A stretch of 64,000 bases of DNA from an uncultured Gemmatimonadales bacterium. Lineage in GTDB: Bacteria > Gemmatimonadota > Gemmatimonadetes > Longimicrobiales > RSA9. Both the position numbers and the translations under genes were made by a program. The stretch spans positions 96,001 to 160,000 of the forward strand of contig CAWCRS010000001.1 in assembly GCA_963798085.1 (NCBI GenBank), in the 5' to 3' direction. The first letter of the stretch is position 1; every line of letters starts with the position of its first letter. Positions 39,318-49,900 of this stretch are shown here, in pieces. The notes beneath the pieces were generated by a model. It was not told where the DNA came from. It ran no database searches and saw nothing but the letters and a program-made list of their open reading frames with translations.

Positions 39318-41647
39318 AGAGCTGGCTCCGCGCTGCCGCTTCGCTCGCACTGCTGCTTCCGGCCTGTTCGCCCCACCTTGCCCGGCCAGAGGCGGCGCGG
39401 TCCTATCGCGATCCCGCAATGCCCGTGGATGCGAGGGTGGCCGACCTCCTGGCGCGCATGACGCTGGAGGAGAAGGTGGCGCAGATGGAAGCGCTCGCGC
39501 TGGGCCGGGACCTGGATTCGCTCGAATCAGGCTCGAGGGTGGACCGCTACGGCCCGGTCGGAGCGCGGCTCGGCTTCGGGGCCGTGACGGGGCTGGGCTT
39601 CCTGGCGAGGAGCGGGCCCGGTGCGCGGGCCGAGCTGGCGAATCGCGTGCAGCGGTACTTCGTGGAACACACGCGTCTCGGGATTCCCGTCCTGATCACG
39701 GATGAGGCCCTGCACGGTGTGGTCACGCAGAGTGCGACCAACTATCCGACGCCGCTGGCTCTTTCGAGCACGTTCGACACGGCGCTGGTGCACGAAGTCT
39801 TCAGCGAGGTCGGCCTGGAGGCGGCGCTGCTGGGGACGAACCTCGTGCTCTCGCCGGTGCTCGACCTGGCGCAGGACCCGCGGTGGGGCCGCGCCGAGGA
39901 GACGTACGGGGAGGACCCGTACCTCAACTCGCGGATGGGTCTGGCGGCGATCACCGGCTATCAGGGCGAGCGCGCGCCGCTGATCGACCGGCGGCACGTC
40001 GCCGCCACCACGAAGCATTTCGCCGGACACGGCTCGCCCGAGGGCGGGCGCAACATCGGCCCGGTGCACATGAGCGAGGTGGAGCTGCGCAACCTGCCGC
40101 TGCGCCCCTTCGAGACGGCGGTGCGCGAGGCGCACGTCGCCGCGGTGATGCCGGCCTACCACGAAATCCTGGGCGTCCCGGTCCACGCGAACCCGTTCCT
40201 GCTCACGCGGGTGCTGCGCGACGAGTGGAAGTTCGACGGCATGGTCGTGTCCGACTTCTTTGGCGTGCGCTACAATCTCGAGCCGCATCGCGTGGCGCGG
40301 GACACCGCGGAAGCGGCGCTGCTGGCGGCGGAGGCGGGGGTGGACATCGACATGCCCGAGCTGGCGTCCTACCGCAAGCTGGTCTCGCTGGTCCGTGAGG
40401 GAAAGCTGGACGAAGCCATCATCGACCGGTCTGCGGGCCGGGTCCTGCGCACGAAGTTCCGGCTCGGCCTGTTCGATCAACCGTACGTGGATGGGGCCGA
40501 AGCAGCGCGCGTGGTGGGCAGTGAAGCGCACCGTGCGACGGCGCGGCGAGCGGCCAGCGAAGGCATGGTGCTGCTGAAGAACGAGGGCGGTCTGCTGCCG
40601 CTCGACGCGGCCCGCATTCGCACGCTCGCCATCATGGGTCCGCACGCCGACCTCGCCGAGCGCGGCAACTACTCGGGCATGCCATCCTCCAGCGTGACGC
40701 CACTCGCGGCGATCCGGGAAAGGCTCGGCAACGGCGTTCGCGTCCTGTATGCGGAAGGCGTCCGTCTGCTCCAGGGCGGTAGCGGGTTCGGTCCGGTTGG
40801 TCTCGCGGCTGACAGCACGAACCGGCGCCTGATCGCGGAAGCCGTGGGAGTCGCGCGGGAGGCCGATATCGTGGTTCTCGCGCTGGGCGCAACCGCATCG
40901 ATGATGCGCGAGGCGTGGCCCGGCAGAGAGGGCGACAATGCGAGCCTCGAGCTGCGCGGCATGCAGAACGATCTGGTGGATGCGATCCGCGCCACCGGCA
41001 AGCCGTTCGTCGTGCTGCTGTTCAGCGGTGGCCCGCTCAGTTTCGCGCACGTGGACAGTGTGGCTCCGGCCGCGGTCTACTGCTGGTATCTCGGACAGGA
41101 GACCGGTCACGCGATGGCGGACGTGTTGTTCGGCGACGTCAATCCCTCCGGCCGCCTGCCGATCAGCATCGCGCGCAGCGTCGGCCAGCTGCCCGTGTAC
41201 TACAACCATGCGCCCAGCGCGCGCCGCCAGTCCTACCTCTTCGAGGAATCGTCACCACTCTACCCGTTCGGCTACGGCCTGAGCTACACGACCTTCCGCT
41301 TCAGCAGCCTGCGCCTCTCGGCCGACGCCATCTCGGCGCGCGACTCTGTCGCCGTGTCGGTGGACGTCACCAACACCGGATCGCGCGGCGGCACCGCCGT
41401 CGTGCAGCTCTACATCCGCCAGGACTTCACCATTCCCACACGGCCGGTCAAGGAATTGAAGGACTTCGCGCGGGTCACCCTTGCGCCTGGCGAGACGAGG
41501 CCGGTGCGCATGGTGCTGACACCGCAGAAGCTCGGGCAGTACCTCGCCGATGGCACGTTCGTGGTGCGGCCCGGGCCTTTCCATGTGATGGTGGGGGGCT
41601 CGTCGCGCGATGAGGATCTTCTCAGCGTCGAGCTCCAGCTGAAATAA
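39314..41647 (+). CDS. GH3 beta-xylosidase/glucosidase (lipoprotein; probable CTG start)
   Basis: RMTLEEKVAQ, RLGIPVLITDEALHG, RWGRAEETYGEDP, KHFAG, VVSDF and KELKDF. Lipobox LPAC. AGGAGG lies upstream of a CTG that overlaps the GH43 stop. Confidence 0.9.
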   Translation: MKSWLRAAASLALLLPACSPHLARPEAARSYRDPAMPVDARVADLLARMTLEEKVAQMEALALGRDLDSLESGSRVDRYGPVGARLGFGAVTGLGFLARSGPGARAELANRVQRYFVEHTRLGIPVLITDEALHGVVTQSATNYPTPLALSSTFDTALVHEVFSEVGLEAALLGTNLVLSPVLDLAQDPRWGRAEETYGEDPYLNSRMGLAAITGYQGERAPLIDRRHVAATTKHFAGHGSPEGGRNIGPVHMSEVELRNLPLRPFETAVREAHVAAVMPAYHEILGVPVHANPFLLTRVLRDEWKFDGMVVSDFFGVRYNLEPHRVARDTAEAALLAAEAGVDIDMPELASYRKLVSLVREGKLDEAIIDRSAGRVLRTKFRLGLFDQPYVDGAEAARVVGSEAHRATARRAASEGMVLLKNEGGLLPLDAARIRTLAIMGPHADLAERGNYSGMPSSSVTPLAAIRERLGNGVRVLYAEGVRLLQGGSGFGPVGLAADSTNRRLIAEAVGVAREADIVVLALGATASMMREAWPGREGDNASLELRGMQNDLVDAIRATGKPFVVLLFSGGPLSFAHVDSVAPAAVYCWYLGQETGHAMADVLFGDVNPSGRLPISIARSVGQLPVYYNHAPSARRQSYLFEESSPLYPFGYGLSYTTFRFSSLRLSADAISARDSVAVSVDVTNTGSRGGTAVVQLYIRQDFTIPTRPVKELKDFARVTLAPGETRPVRMVLTPQKLGQYLADGTFVVRPGPFHVMVGGSSRDEDLLSVELQLK

Positions 41648-41840
41648 TCGTTCAGGCGGGAAGTGAGCACCGGGAGGCGGCACCGTGAACCAAGGCGAAG
41701 CGCTACCGGCACGCGGTGCGGCCAGGGACGGGAGCCGCCGTGACCAGCTGCGGATGATGAGCGCGGGCATGGCCGCCGGTCCCGTCGTGATGGATCGGGT
41801 GGTGGGGTCGCGCATGACGGCGAATCCGGCAGGCTGAGCC

Positions 41841-43505
41841 ATGGTCGGACCGATCATCCGCAATCCCATCCTTCGCGGGTTCAATCCGGATCCATCCATC
41901 GTGCGGGTCGGGGATGACTACTACATCGCGACATCGACCTTCGAATGGTTTCCGGGCGTGCAGATCCACCATTCGCGCGATCTGGTACACTGGCGCCTGT
42001 TGACACGACCGCTCGAACGAGCAAGCCAGCTGGACATGCTCGGAGACCCGGACTCGTGTGGCGTCTGGGCACCTTGCCTGAGCTGGGCCGACGGGCGGTT
42101 CTGGTTGATCTGCACCGACGTGAAGCGCTACGCGCGCACCACGACGGCGGGCGCCTCGGGAGCTGCGCTCCGCGACTTCCACAATTACCTGGTGACCAGC
42201 GCGTCGATCGATGGCGACTGGAGCGACCCGATCTACCTCAACAGCAGCGGCTTCGACCCCTCGCTCTTCCACGACGATGACGGCCGCAAGTACCTGGTGA
42301 ATGTGCTGTGGGACTGGCGCCCCGGTCACAACCATTTCGGCGGGATCGTGCTGCAGGAGTACTCGCCGGAGGCGAGGGCTCTCGTCGGCGAACGGTCGAA
42401 CATCTTCCGGGGCACCGGGCTCGGCTTCACCGAGGCACCCCACCTGTACCGTCGTGATGGCTGGTACTACCTGCTCACAGCCGAAGGCGGGACCTTCCGG
42501 GACCACTCCGTCACGATGGCGCGCTCCCGGTCGCTGCAGGGACCGTACGCGCTGCACCCCGACACGTACATCCTGAGCGCGCGCCAGCGGCCCGACCTGC
42601 CGCTGCAGAGATCCGGGCACGCGGATCTCGTCGAGACGCAGGACGGCGAGACGTACATGGTCTACCTGTGCAGCCGACCGTTAGTGAACCGCGGGAGGAG
42701 CCCGCTCGGCCGCGAGACCGCGATCCAGCCAATGGTCTGGTCCGCGGATGGCTGGCTCCGCACCACCAATGGCGAAGGCCTGCCGCAGCTCGAGGTGCCC
42801 GGACCCGCCCTCCCGGCGCATCCGTTCCCTGCTCCGCCGGAGCGCGAGGACTTCGATGGCGCGCGGCTCCCGATCGAGTTCCAGTGGCTGCGTTCCCCCT
42901 GGCCCGATGCGCTGTTCAGCCTCAGCGCGCGTCCGGGTCACCTGCGCCTCTTCGGTCGCGAGACGCCGGGCAGCCTGTTCCGCCAGTCGCTCGTGGCCCG
43001 GCGCCAGCAGGCGCACTGCTTCAGCGCCGCGACGGTCGTCGAGTTCGAGCCGGAACATTACCAGCAGATGGCAGGCCTCATCTGCTACTACGGCGGCAGC
43101 AAGTTCCATTACCTCTTCATCAGTCACGATGAGGTCGTGGGAAGGCACGTGCGGGCGATGACCGCGTCGCCTGACAATCCGGCGGCGGACGCGTTCACGA
43201 CGCCGGTTCCGTTGCCTGCCGGGAAGCGGATCGAGCTGCGGGTCGAGGTCGACTACGCGAGGCTTCGTTTCGCCTTTCGCGTCGAGGAGGCTGACGGCCG
43301 GTGGCGATGTCTGCCGGAGCCGTTCGACGCCAGCATCCTCTCCGACGAGGTGACGCTTCCCGGCGCGCCGAGCTTCACCGGCGCGTTCGTCGGGATGGCC
43401 TGCCAGGACCTGGCCGGCATGGGCCGGCCAGCGGACTTCGACTGGTTCGAGTACCGGGAACGGGATTTCGCCCCGCCGGGTGGCGGAAGGAGCGAGCGAA
43501 CGTGA
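41841..43505 (+). CDS. GH43 beta-xylosidase (XynB-like, cytoplasmic)
   Basis: IRNPILRGFNPDPSI...TSTFEWFPGVQIHHSRDL, GVWAPCLS, GFDPSLFHDDDG, TEAPHLY, LGRETAIQ and FTGAFVGM. Confidence 0.95.
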   Translation: MVGPIIRNPILRGFNPDPSIVRVGDDYYIATSTFEWFPGVQIHHSRDLVHWRLLTRPLERASQLDMLGDPDSCGVWAPCLSWADGRFWLICTDVKRYARTTTAGASGAALRDFHNYLVTSASIDGDWSDPIYLNSSGFDPSLFHDDDGRKYLVNVLWDWRPGHNHFGGIVLQEYSPEARALVGERSNIFRGTGLGFTEAPHLYRRDGWYYLLTAEGGTFRDHSVTMARSRSLQGPYALHPDTYILSARQRPDLPLQRSGHADLVETQDGETYMVYLCSRPLVNRGRSPLGRETAIQPMVWSADGWLRTTNGEGLPQLEVPGPALPAHPFPAPPEREDFDGARLPIEFQWLRSPWPDALFSLSARPGHLRLFGRETPGSLFRQSLVARRQQAHCFSAATVVEFEPEHYQQMAGLICYYGGSKFHYLFISHDEVVGRHVRAMTASPDNPAADAFTTPVPLPAGKRIELRVEVDYARLRFAFRVEEADGRWRCLPEPFDASILSDEVTLPGAPSFTGAFVGMACQDLAGMGRPADFDWFEYRERDFAPPGGGRSERT

Positions 43506-44806
43506 GGCGTCTGGCCTTGCTGGCGATCGCGGGGGCGGCGCTGTCGGCCGCCTGTGCGCGAGCGGGCACCGAAACAGCGGCTGTTCCGGGGACCCGGCGA
43601 GGCGCAGCTGAGACGGGCAGGTACCGCAACCTGTTCGCCGAGGCCGGGCACTCGCAGGGGGACATCCGACGGAAGATCAATGCGGCGTGGCTCCAGCTCT
43701 TCCACGGCGATTCCGTGACCCAGACGGTGTTCTACTGGGCGGGCAGGAACGAGAACGGCAGGCTTGCCTACCTGAGCGACATCAACAACCACGACGTGCG
43801 TTCGGAGGGCATGTCGTACGGCATGATGATCGCCGTCCAGATGAACCGGAAGGCGGAATTCGATGCGCTCTGGAACTGGTCCCGCACGTACATGTACCAC
43901 GCCGACCCCGCGCACCCCGCATACCGCTTCTTCTCCTGGTCGATGAACCTGGACGGTACGCCGCGCAGCGAATCGCCAGCGCCGGACGGGGAAGAGTACT
44001 GGACGATGGCGCTCTACTTCGCATCCGGGCGGTGGGGTGACGGCAAGGGCATCTACGCCTATCGCGCGCGTGCGGACGAGCTGCTGGATGCAATGAAGAA
44101 CCGGGGTGTGATCCGGGGTCCGTGGAAGAGCCGGCCGGAGCACATCGCGAGCGAGGGCGCGGAGTTCAACCCGGAGCACCGGATGGTGCGGTTCACTCCC
44201 GACACGAGCCGCCCGGACCACACGGATCCTTCGTACCACCTGCCGCACTTCTACGAGCTGTGGGGCCGCTGGGGCCCGGAGAAGGACCGCCCGTTCTGGC
44301 TGGCGGCTGCGCGCGTCAGTCGGGATTTCTTCCAGAAGGCGACGAATCCCGGGACCGGGCTCGCGCCCGAGTACGCCCACTTCGATGGCACACCGGTCAC
44401 GGACAGCTTCAACGGGCGATCCGGCACCTTCGGACCGGACGCGTGGCGGACAGCCGCCAACTGGTCGGTGGACTGGTCGTGGTGGGGAGTGGATCCGCGC
44501 GAGCGACTCCTGAGCGACCGGATCCAGATGTTCTTCGCATTGCAGGGCCGTTACGGCAACCGCTACACGCTGGACGGCGAACCGCTCGATTCCGCGCATT
44601 CCACAGCCCTGGTCGCGACCAACGCGATCGCGAGCCTGGCGGCGACCGACAATGGCAGGGCCGCGCGATTCGTGGCAGAGCTGTGGGGCGCGACGATTCC
44701 TTCGGGCCGCTACCGCTACTACGACGGCATGTGGTACCTGATGGCGCTGTTGCATGTGAGCGGGCAGTTCCGCGTGTGGACGCCGCGGGGCGTTGCCCAC
44801 CCGTGA
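43502..44806 (+). CDS. GH8 xylanase / reducing-end xylose-releasing exo-oligoxylanase (Rex-like), lipoprotein
   Basis: TGRYRNLF, DVRSEGMSYGMM, APDGEEY, TDPSYHLPHFYELW, DAWR and RYYDGMWY. Lipobox LSAAC. GTG overlaps the upstream stop. Confidence 0.92.
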   Translation: MRRLALLAIAGAALSAACARAGTETAAVPGTRRGAAETGRYRNLFAEAGHSQGDIRRKINAAWLQLFHGDSVTQTVFYWAGRNENGRLAYLSDINNHDVRSEGMSYGMMIAVQMNRKAEFDALWNWSRTYMYHADPAHPAYRFFSWSMNLDGTPRSESPAPDGEEYWTMALYFASGRWGDGKGIYAYRARADELLDAMKNRGVIRGPWKSRPEHIASEGAEFNPEHRMVRFTPDTSRPDHTDPSYHLPHFYELWGRWGPEKDRPFWLAAARVSRDFFQKATNPGTGLAPEYAHFDGTPVTDSFNGRSGTFGPDAWRTAANWSVDWSWWGVDPRERLLSDRIQMFFALQGRYGNRYTLDGEPLDSAHSTALVATNAIASLAATDNGRAARFVAELWGATIPSGRYRYYDGMWYLMALLHVSGQFRVWTPRGVAHP

Positions 44807-44976
44807 AAGCGACGCGACCCGGCGCAGTCCTGCTGCTGGTTCACGTTCGCGCTCGTGAGCGGCATCGGGCACGGCTGGCTCGATGCCGGCTACGCGTCGG
44901 TCGCGCGCAGGCAGCGGAGACCTGCACGGCCAGGCGCCCGTGCTCTGGGCCGCGACCGCGCTGCTGTGCTGATGTG

Positions 44977-45013
44977 AAAGGCCCGGCTCACTCCGCGGGA
45001 GTGAGCCGGGCCT
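44977..45013 (-). terminator. Rho-independent terminator after susD (possibly bidirectional)
   Basis: 16-bp stem AGGCCCGGCTCACTCC-gcg-GGAGTGAGCCGGGCCT with TTT on the minus strand. Confidence 0.8.
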
Positions 45014-45038
45014 GCTTCTAACAGATCGTTAACGCGGA

Positions 45039-46967
45039 CTACCAGCCCGGGTTCTGCGGGTACGCCTTCGGACCGGTCACGCCCTGAATCTGCTGCGCCG
45101 GAATGGGCCGCAGGTAGTGCTTGTCCGTGATATTCGGCCGGGCGTACGGGTTCCACTTCTTGATGCGATCCAGAAAGAACTGCTTGCCCGGGCGATGCAG
45201 ATCGTCCCAGCGTGTGAACTCGCCCGACATCTCGCGCTCGCGCTCGTCCATGATGAAGTCGATGGTCATCTGGCCAGCCGACGCGAGGATCGCCGGATCG
45301 CTCTTGTGGCTGACCGCGCACAGCTTCGGAGCGTTCGCCGGTGTCGGGTCGCAGGCGGCGCGCACCCGCAGCACGTTGATCATGGCCGCCGCCGTGGCAT
45401 TCTGACCCAGGCCCACGGCCGCTTCCGCCGCGATCAGGTAGGTCTCACCCAGGCGGAAGACGACGCGGTCCTTTCCGCCGTTCAGGTCATTGAAGCCGCC
45501 CGTGCGCCCATTGTCCTGGAACTTCTTGAGAGACGGATAGTGGGCGTAGCCGAACGTGCCCTTCGCGTCGTTGTCCTTGCCGCAATCGTCACCCGGCGCC
45601 GTCGTGCAGGGTGTTCCGATCCGGTACGCCTTGGACATGCGGTAGGCATCGGACACCTGGTAGGTCAGGTAGACCAGCGCCGTGTCGGAGCCGGCCGCGG
45701 CGCCGACCTGGCTGCCCGGCAGCATGGTCCCTTTCATGGCGGCGCCGCTGGTGCACTTCGGGCAGGTGCCCGCCGGGTTCGCGGCGTTGCTGTTCGCGAA
45801 CCAGACCGTCTGGTAGCTGCCGTCGAAGCGGGTATCTACCACGTCAACACCGGGCGCGCACGGCTGGCCGCCGCAACGCGTCTCGTTGAAGAGCGCGATC
45901 GTGAACGGCGTCGGCCGGATCCGGCGGAACGGCCGGCCGTTGTCCAGGTCGCGAGTGATCCCGGCCGCCCAGCCGCCGGCACCGCCATCGTACTGGCTCA
46001 GGAAGACGACGGGATTGTAGTTCGTGGCCGTGTTGGTGTATTGCACGGGATCATAGGAGAACTGGGTCGACCAGATGACTTCCTTGTTGTTCTCGCTGTA
46101 CCCGTTCGTCACATCACAGAAACTCTGGCGGCCGGGATCCGGCGGCTTGGTCGCGCCGTGCGTGCCGCACCACAGGTCCGCGTAGATCGGCACCAGCGAG
46201 TAAGTGCCGGAGTTGATGACCGTGTTGGCCATATCCAGCGCCTTCTGGAAGTCCGACTGCTTGTTGGCCGTGTTCCATTCGCGGTAGGCGCGGGTCAGGT
46301 ACACCTTCGACAACATGTGCTGTGCCGCACCCTTCGTCGCACGTCCGAAATCCGACTGTGTCACGGGAAGCAGATTGATGGCGTCGTTCAGGTCGCTGAT
46401 GATGACCTTGTAGACACTGTCCTCCGGCTCGCGCTCCGCCTCGGTGCTGATGTCTCCGGAGTGCAGGTTCACGGTCAGATCGCCGTACTGCTGCACGAGC
46501 TGGAAGTACGCCCACGCGCGCAGGAAGTGCGCTTCGCCCAGGCGCGAGTCCTTGATGGTCTGAGTCAAATTGCCGCCTACCGGCGTGTTAGGGCCGTTGT
46601 CCAGTACGACGTTGGCCCGGGCGATGATCGTGTAGCCCGCCTGCCATTGCGGATTGATGAACGCGGAAAGGGTCGTGTACTGCGGGTCGTAGGTGTCGAG
46701 GTACACCCACGGCTGGGCACCGCCGGCTGCGACCTGGTCCGCCGCAGTCCACGTATCGACGCCCATTTGCTCCATCCCATAATAGGTGTCGCCGCCGTCG
46801 TAGCCCCTTACCGCGGCGTAGATCCCGTTGGTCAGGTCCGTGAGGCCCTGCTGCGACTGGGCATAGTTGGAGCCCAAGCTCGATACCAGTTTCTCGTTGA
46901 GGTCGAGGCAGGCCATCGAGCCGGCCACCAGAGCCAGGGCCAGACCGGTCTTCAGGATTCGGTTCAT
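45039..46967 (-). CDS. SusD/RagB family nutrient-binding outer-membrane lipoprotein
   Basis: Lipobox SMAC, GEAHFLRAWAYFQLVQQYG, GRATKGAA, FRLGETYLIAAEA, IMDEREREMSGE..RWDDL, PIP and QNPGW. Confidence 0.95.
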   Translation of the reverse strand: MNRILKTGLALALVAGSMACLDLNEKLVSSLGSNYAQSQQGLTDLTNGIYAAVRGYDGGDTYYGMEQMGVDTWTAADQVAAGGAQPWVYLDTYDPQYTTLSAFINPQWQAGYTIIARANVVLDNGPNTPVGGNLTQTIKDSRLGEAHFLRAWAYFQLVQQYGDLTVNLHSGDISTEAEREPEDSVYKVIISDLNDAINLLPVTQSDFGRATKGAAQHMLSKVYLTRAYREWNTANKQSDFQKALDMANTVINSGTYSLVPIYADLWCGTHGATKPPDPGRQSFCDVTNGYSENNKEVIWSTQFSYDPVQYTNTATNYNPVVFLSQYDGGAGGWAAGITRDLDNGRPFRRIRPTPFTIALFNETRCGGQPCAPGVDVVDTRFDGSYQTVWFANSNAANPAGTCPKCTSGAAMKGTMLPGSQVGAAAGSDTALVYLTYQVSDAYRMSKAYRIGTPCTTAPGDDCGKDNDAKGTFGYAHYPSLKKFQDNGRTGGFNDLNGGKDRVVFRLGETYLIAAEAAVGLGQNATAAAMINVLRVRAACDPTPANAPKLCAVSHKSDPAILASAGQMTIDFIMDEREREMSGEFTRWDDLHRPGKQFFLDRIKKWNPYARPNITDKHYLRPIPAQQIQGVTGPKAYPQNPGW

Positions 46968-46995
46968 GATCTCATCCCTTTCCAAGTTTCCGGCC

Positions 46996-49900
46996 CTAGA
47001 AGGTGACGTCGGCGCCGATCAGCAGTGTCCGGTACACGGGCGATCCGCCCGCGTAGCCGGATTCCGGATCGAAGTAACTGTACTTGTAGTGCACGTACGG
47101 CTCGGTGGCGGTCAGGTACAGCCTCGCGGTCGAGGCGCCGAACCGTTTCGCCATGTTCGCGGGCATGGTGTAGCCGAGCTGGATGTTGCGGATGCGCCAG
47201 TGGGAGCCGCTGGTGTATCCGCGAGAGTCGCCGTACGAGAGCGGGTTCCCGTTCAGGTTCGGCGACGGGTTCACATTGGTCGGATTGGTGGGCGTCCAGT
47301 AGTCCGCCACGTACTGGCCGTACCGGCCAAACAGCGAGGGGAGGAACGTGTCCCAGATCGTATAGTCCCACCGGATGACGGCGAGAGCGGACACATCGAA
47401 ATCGCCGTACGTGAACCGGTTGTACATGCTTGCGGTCCACTTGGGGTAGGTGTTGCCCTGGAGGACGCGGTCGGCGGCGGTGATGACGCCGTCCCCGTTC
47501 GCATCGAGAATGCGGATCTGACCGGGCTTGGAGCCGAACTGCGCGGCCTCCGCCTCCTGTCCCAGCTGCCAGACGCCGATCTGCTTGAAGTCGTACCATG
47601 TGCGCCGCTGCGGGTCGCCCGTGAATGCGCCGTTCGAGTTCAGCGGATTGGTCTGGCCACCCGTGTTGATGGGCTGGCCGACGTACCAGCCGTTGTTCGC
47701 ATCGCAGCGCGGCGCCTCACGTGGGCACGCGGTGGTGTCCGAGTAGAAGGCGAGCGCGGTGATCTCGTTCCGGTTGTGCGCCCAGCTGAGGTCGGTCTGC
47801 CACTGCAGCCCGTGCCAGTTGCGCGCATTGATGCTCGAAAGCTGCAGCTCAATGCCCTGGTTTCGCGTGGCGCCGATGTTCTGCAGTGCTGAAGTGTAGC
47901 CCGAGGTTCCCGGAAGGCTGCGTGTCATCAACAGGTCGCTGGTGTTCTCCCGGTACCAGTCCGCGCTGCCCGTGAGGCGATTGCCGAACAGGCCGAACTC
48001 GACCGCGGCGTCCGTCTTCGCAGTCTTCTCCCAGCCCAGGTTCGGGTTGGCGGGGTTGTTCGGGTTCGGGTAGTACGCCGGCGCGGTGGTTGTGCCGAAA
48101 TTGATCTTCCCGTTGGATAGCGCTCCCTGCGTCTGGTACGCGCTGACGGCCGAGTTGCCGGTCCGGCCCCAGCTCGCGCGCAACTTCAGACTGTTCAGCC
48201 AGTCGACGCCGCGCAGGAATGACTCATCACCCACCTGCCAGGCCACGCCGACGGTCGGGAAGGTCGTCCACTTGCGGCCCGGCGCCAGCACGCTGGAGCC
48301 ATCCCGTCGGACCGCACCCATCACTGTGTACCGGTTCAGCAGCGTGTAAACCAGGCGGCCCATGTACGACTCCAGCGCCGTCTCGGTCAGGCCCGTGTTC
48401 GCTATGTAGTTGTCGCCCTGCCCGATGGCGTAGTAGAGCGCCTCGTCGTACGGGATGTGCTGCGAGCTTTCATTGCTGAACACGAACCGGGTCTTCCCGA
48501 TGCCGTAGAGCAGTGTGCCATCGATGTGGTTCGCCGAACCGATGTCACGATTGATCTGCAGTATGTTGTCCAGCGTGTACTGGAAGTTCGTGTTCTGGTT
48601 GTACGACGCGGTCCGGTACGAGGCGCCGCCGAACTGGACGTCCGCGCCCGTGAAGTCGCCGGCGCTGGTCTGCGTGTAGTCGGGCCCGAAATCCACGCGC
48701 AGATCGACGCCGTCCAGCAGGTTGAACGTCGCGAAGGCGGAGGCGAACATGCGGTCGCGCCGGTTCTGGCTCACCCTCCCCTGGACCAGCTTGAGCGGGT
48801 TGTAGGCCAGGGGATCGCCGTCGGGGTTGGTGATCAGCGCGCCGCCCGCGTCGTATGCCAGCCCGAAGCCGGTCTGCTGGCGCGCGGCGCCCCAGAGACC
48901 GTCGCCGCCGTTCACGGTCTGAAGCGAGTGCGCATAGTTCGCAGTGACGCCCAGGCGCAGGCGGCCTTCGACGTGATCCACGGAAGCGCTGCCGGTGGTG
49001 CGGTTGAACTGCAGACCGACGGCCGTGCCTGTCTGCTTGAAGAAGTCACCGGAGATGTTGAAGCGCGTCGTCCCCGAGTTCCCGCGCATGCCCACTCGGT
49101 AGTCCTGCTGGTAGCCCGTGCGCTCGATCACATCCTGCCAGTTCGTGTGCTGGCCGGCCTGGAAGGCCGCATAGGCCACGTTGTTGAGCAGCGACTGCGG
49201 GTCGCTGCTGACGCCGGTGTACGCAGCCGCGGCCTGCAGCATGGCCACGTACTGGTCGTTGTTCATCAGCGCGGGCAGACCGTACGGCCGCTGCCCCGCG
49301 TAGCTCATGCCTGCGCTGAACTCCGTGGCGACACCGCCGGCGCCCGCGCCTTTCGTCGTGATGAGCACGACGCCGTTCGCGCCGCGGCTGCCGTAAATGG
49401 CCGTAGCCGCCGCGTCCTTCAGAATGTCGATCGAGACAATGTCGTTGGGGTTGAAATCGCCGATGCCGCCCGCGATCGGCACCCCGTCCACCACGAAGAG
49501 CGGGTCATTGGTCGCGCTGATCGACCGCACTCCGCGAATCCGGATACTGACGCCGTCTCCGGGCTTGTTGCCCGCATTCGTGATGTCCACGCCCGGCACA
49601 CGGTCCTGGATCGCCTTGACCGCGTTGAACGTGGGCACCTCGTGGATCTTGTCGGCGGTGACGGTCGCCATCGAGCCCGTGACCGCGCGCCGCTGCAGCT
49701 GGCCGTACCCGACTGCAACGACGCCTTCCAGCTGCACTGCCTTGACGAGCAGCGTGAAATCGGCGTTCGCCGGCGGCGCGGTGGCAACCTCGACTTCCTG
49801 CTGCGCGTCGCCGTAGCCGATCAGTGATGCCACGACCACGCGTTTCCCCAGCGGCACCTCGGTCAGGAGGTACCGGCCGTTTTCGCTGGTCACGGCTCCG

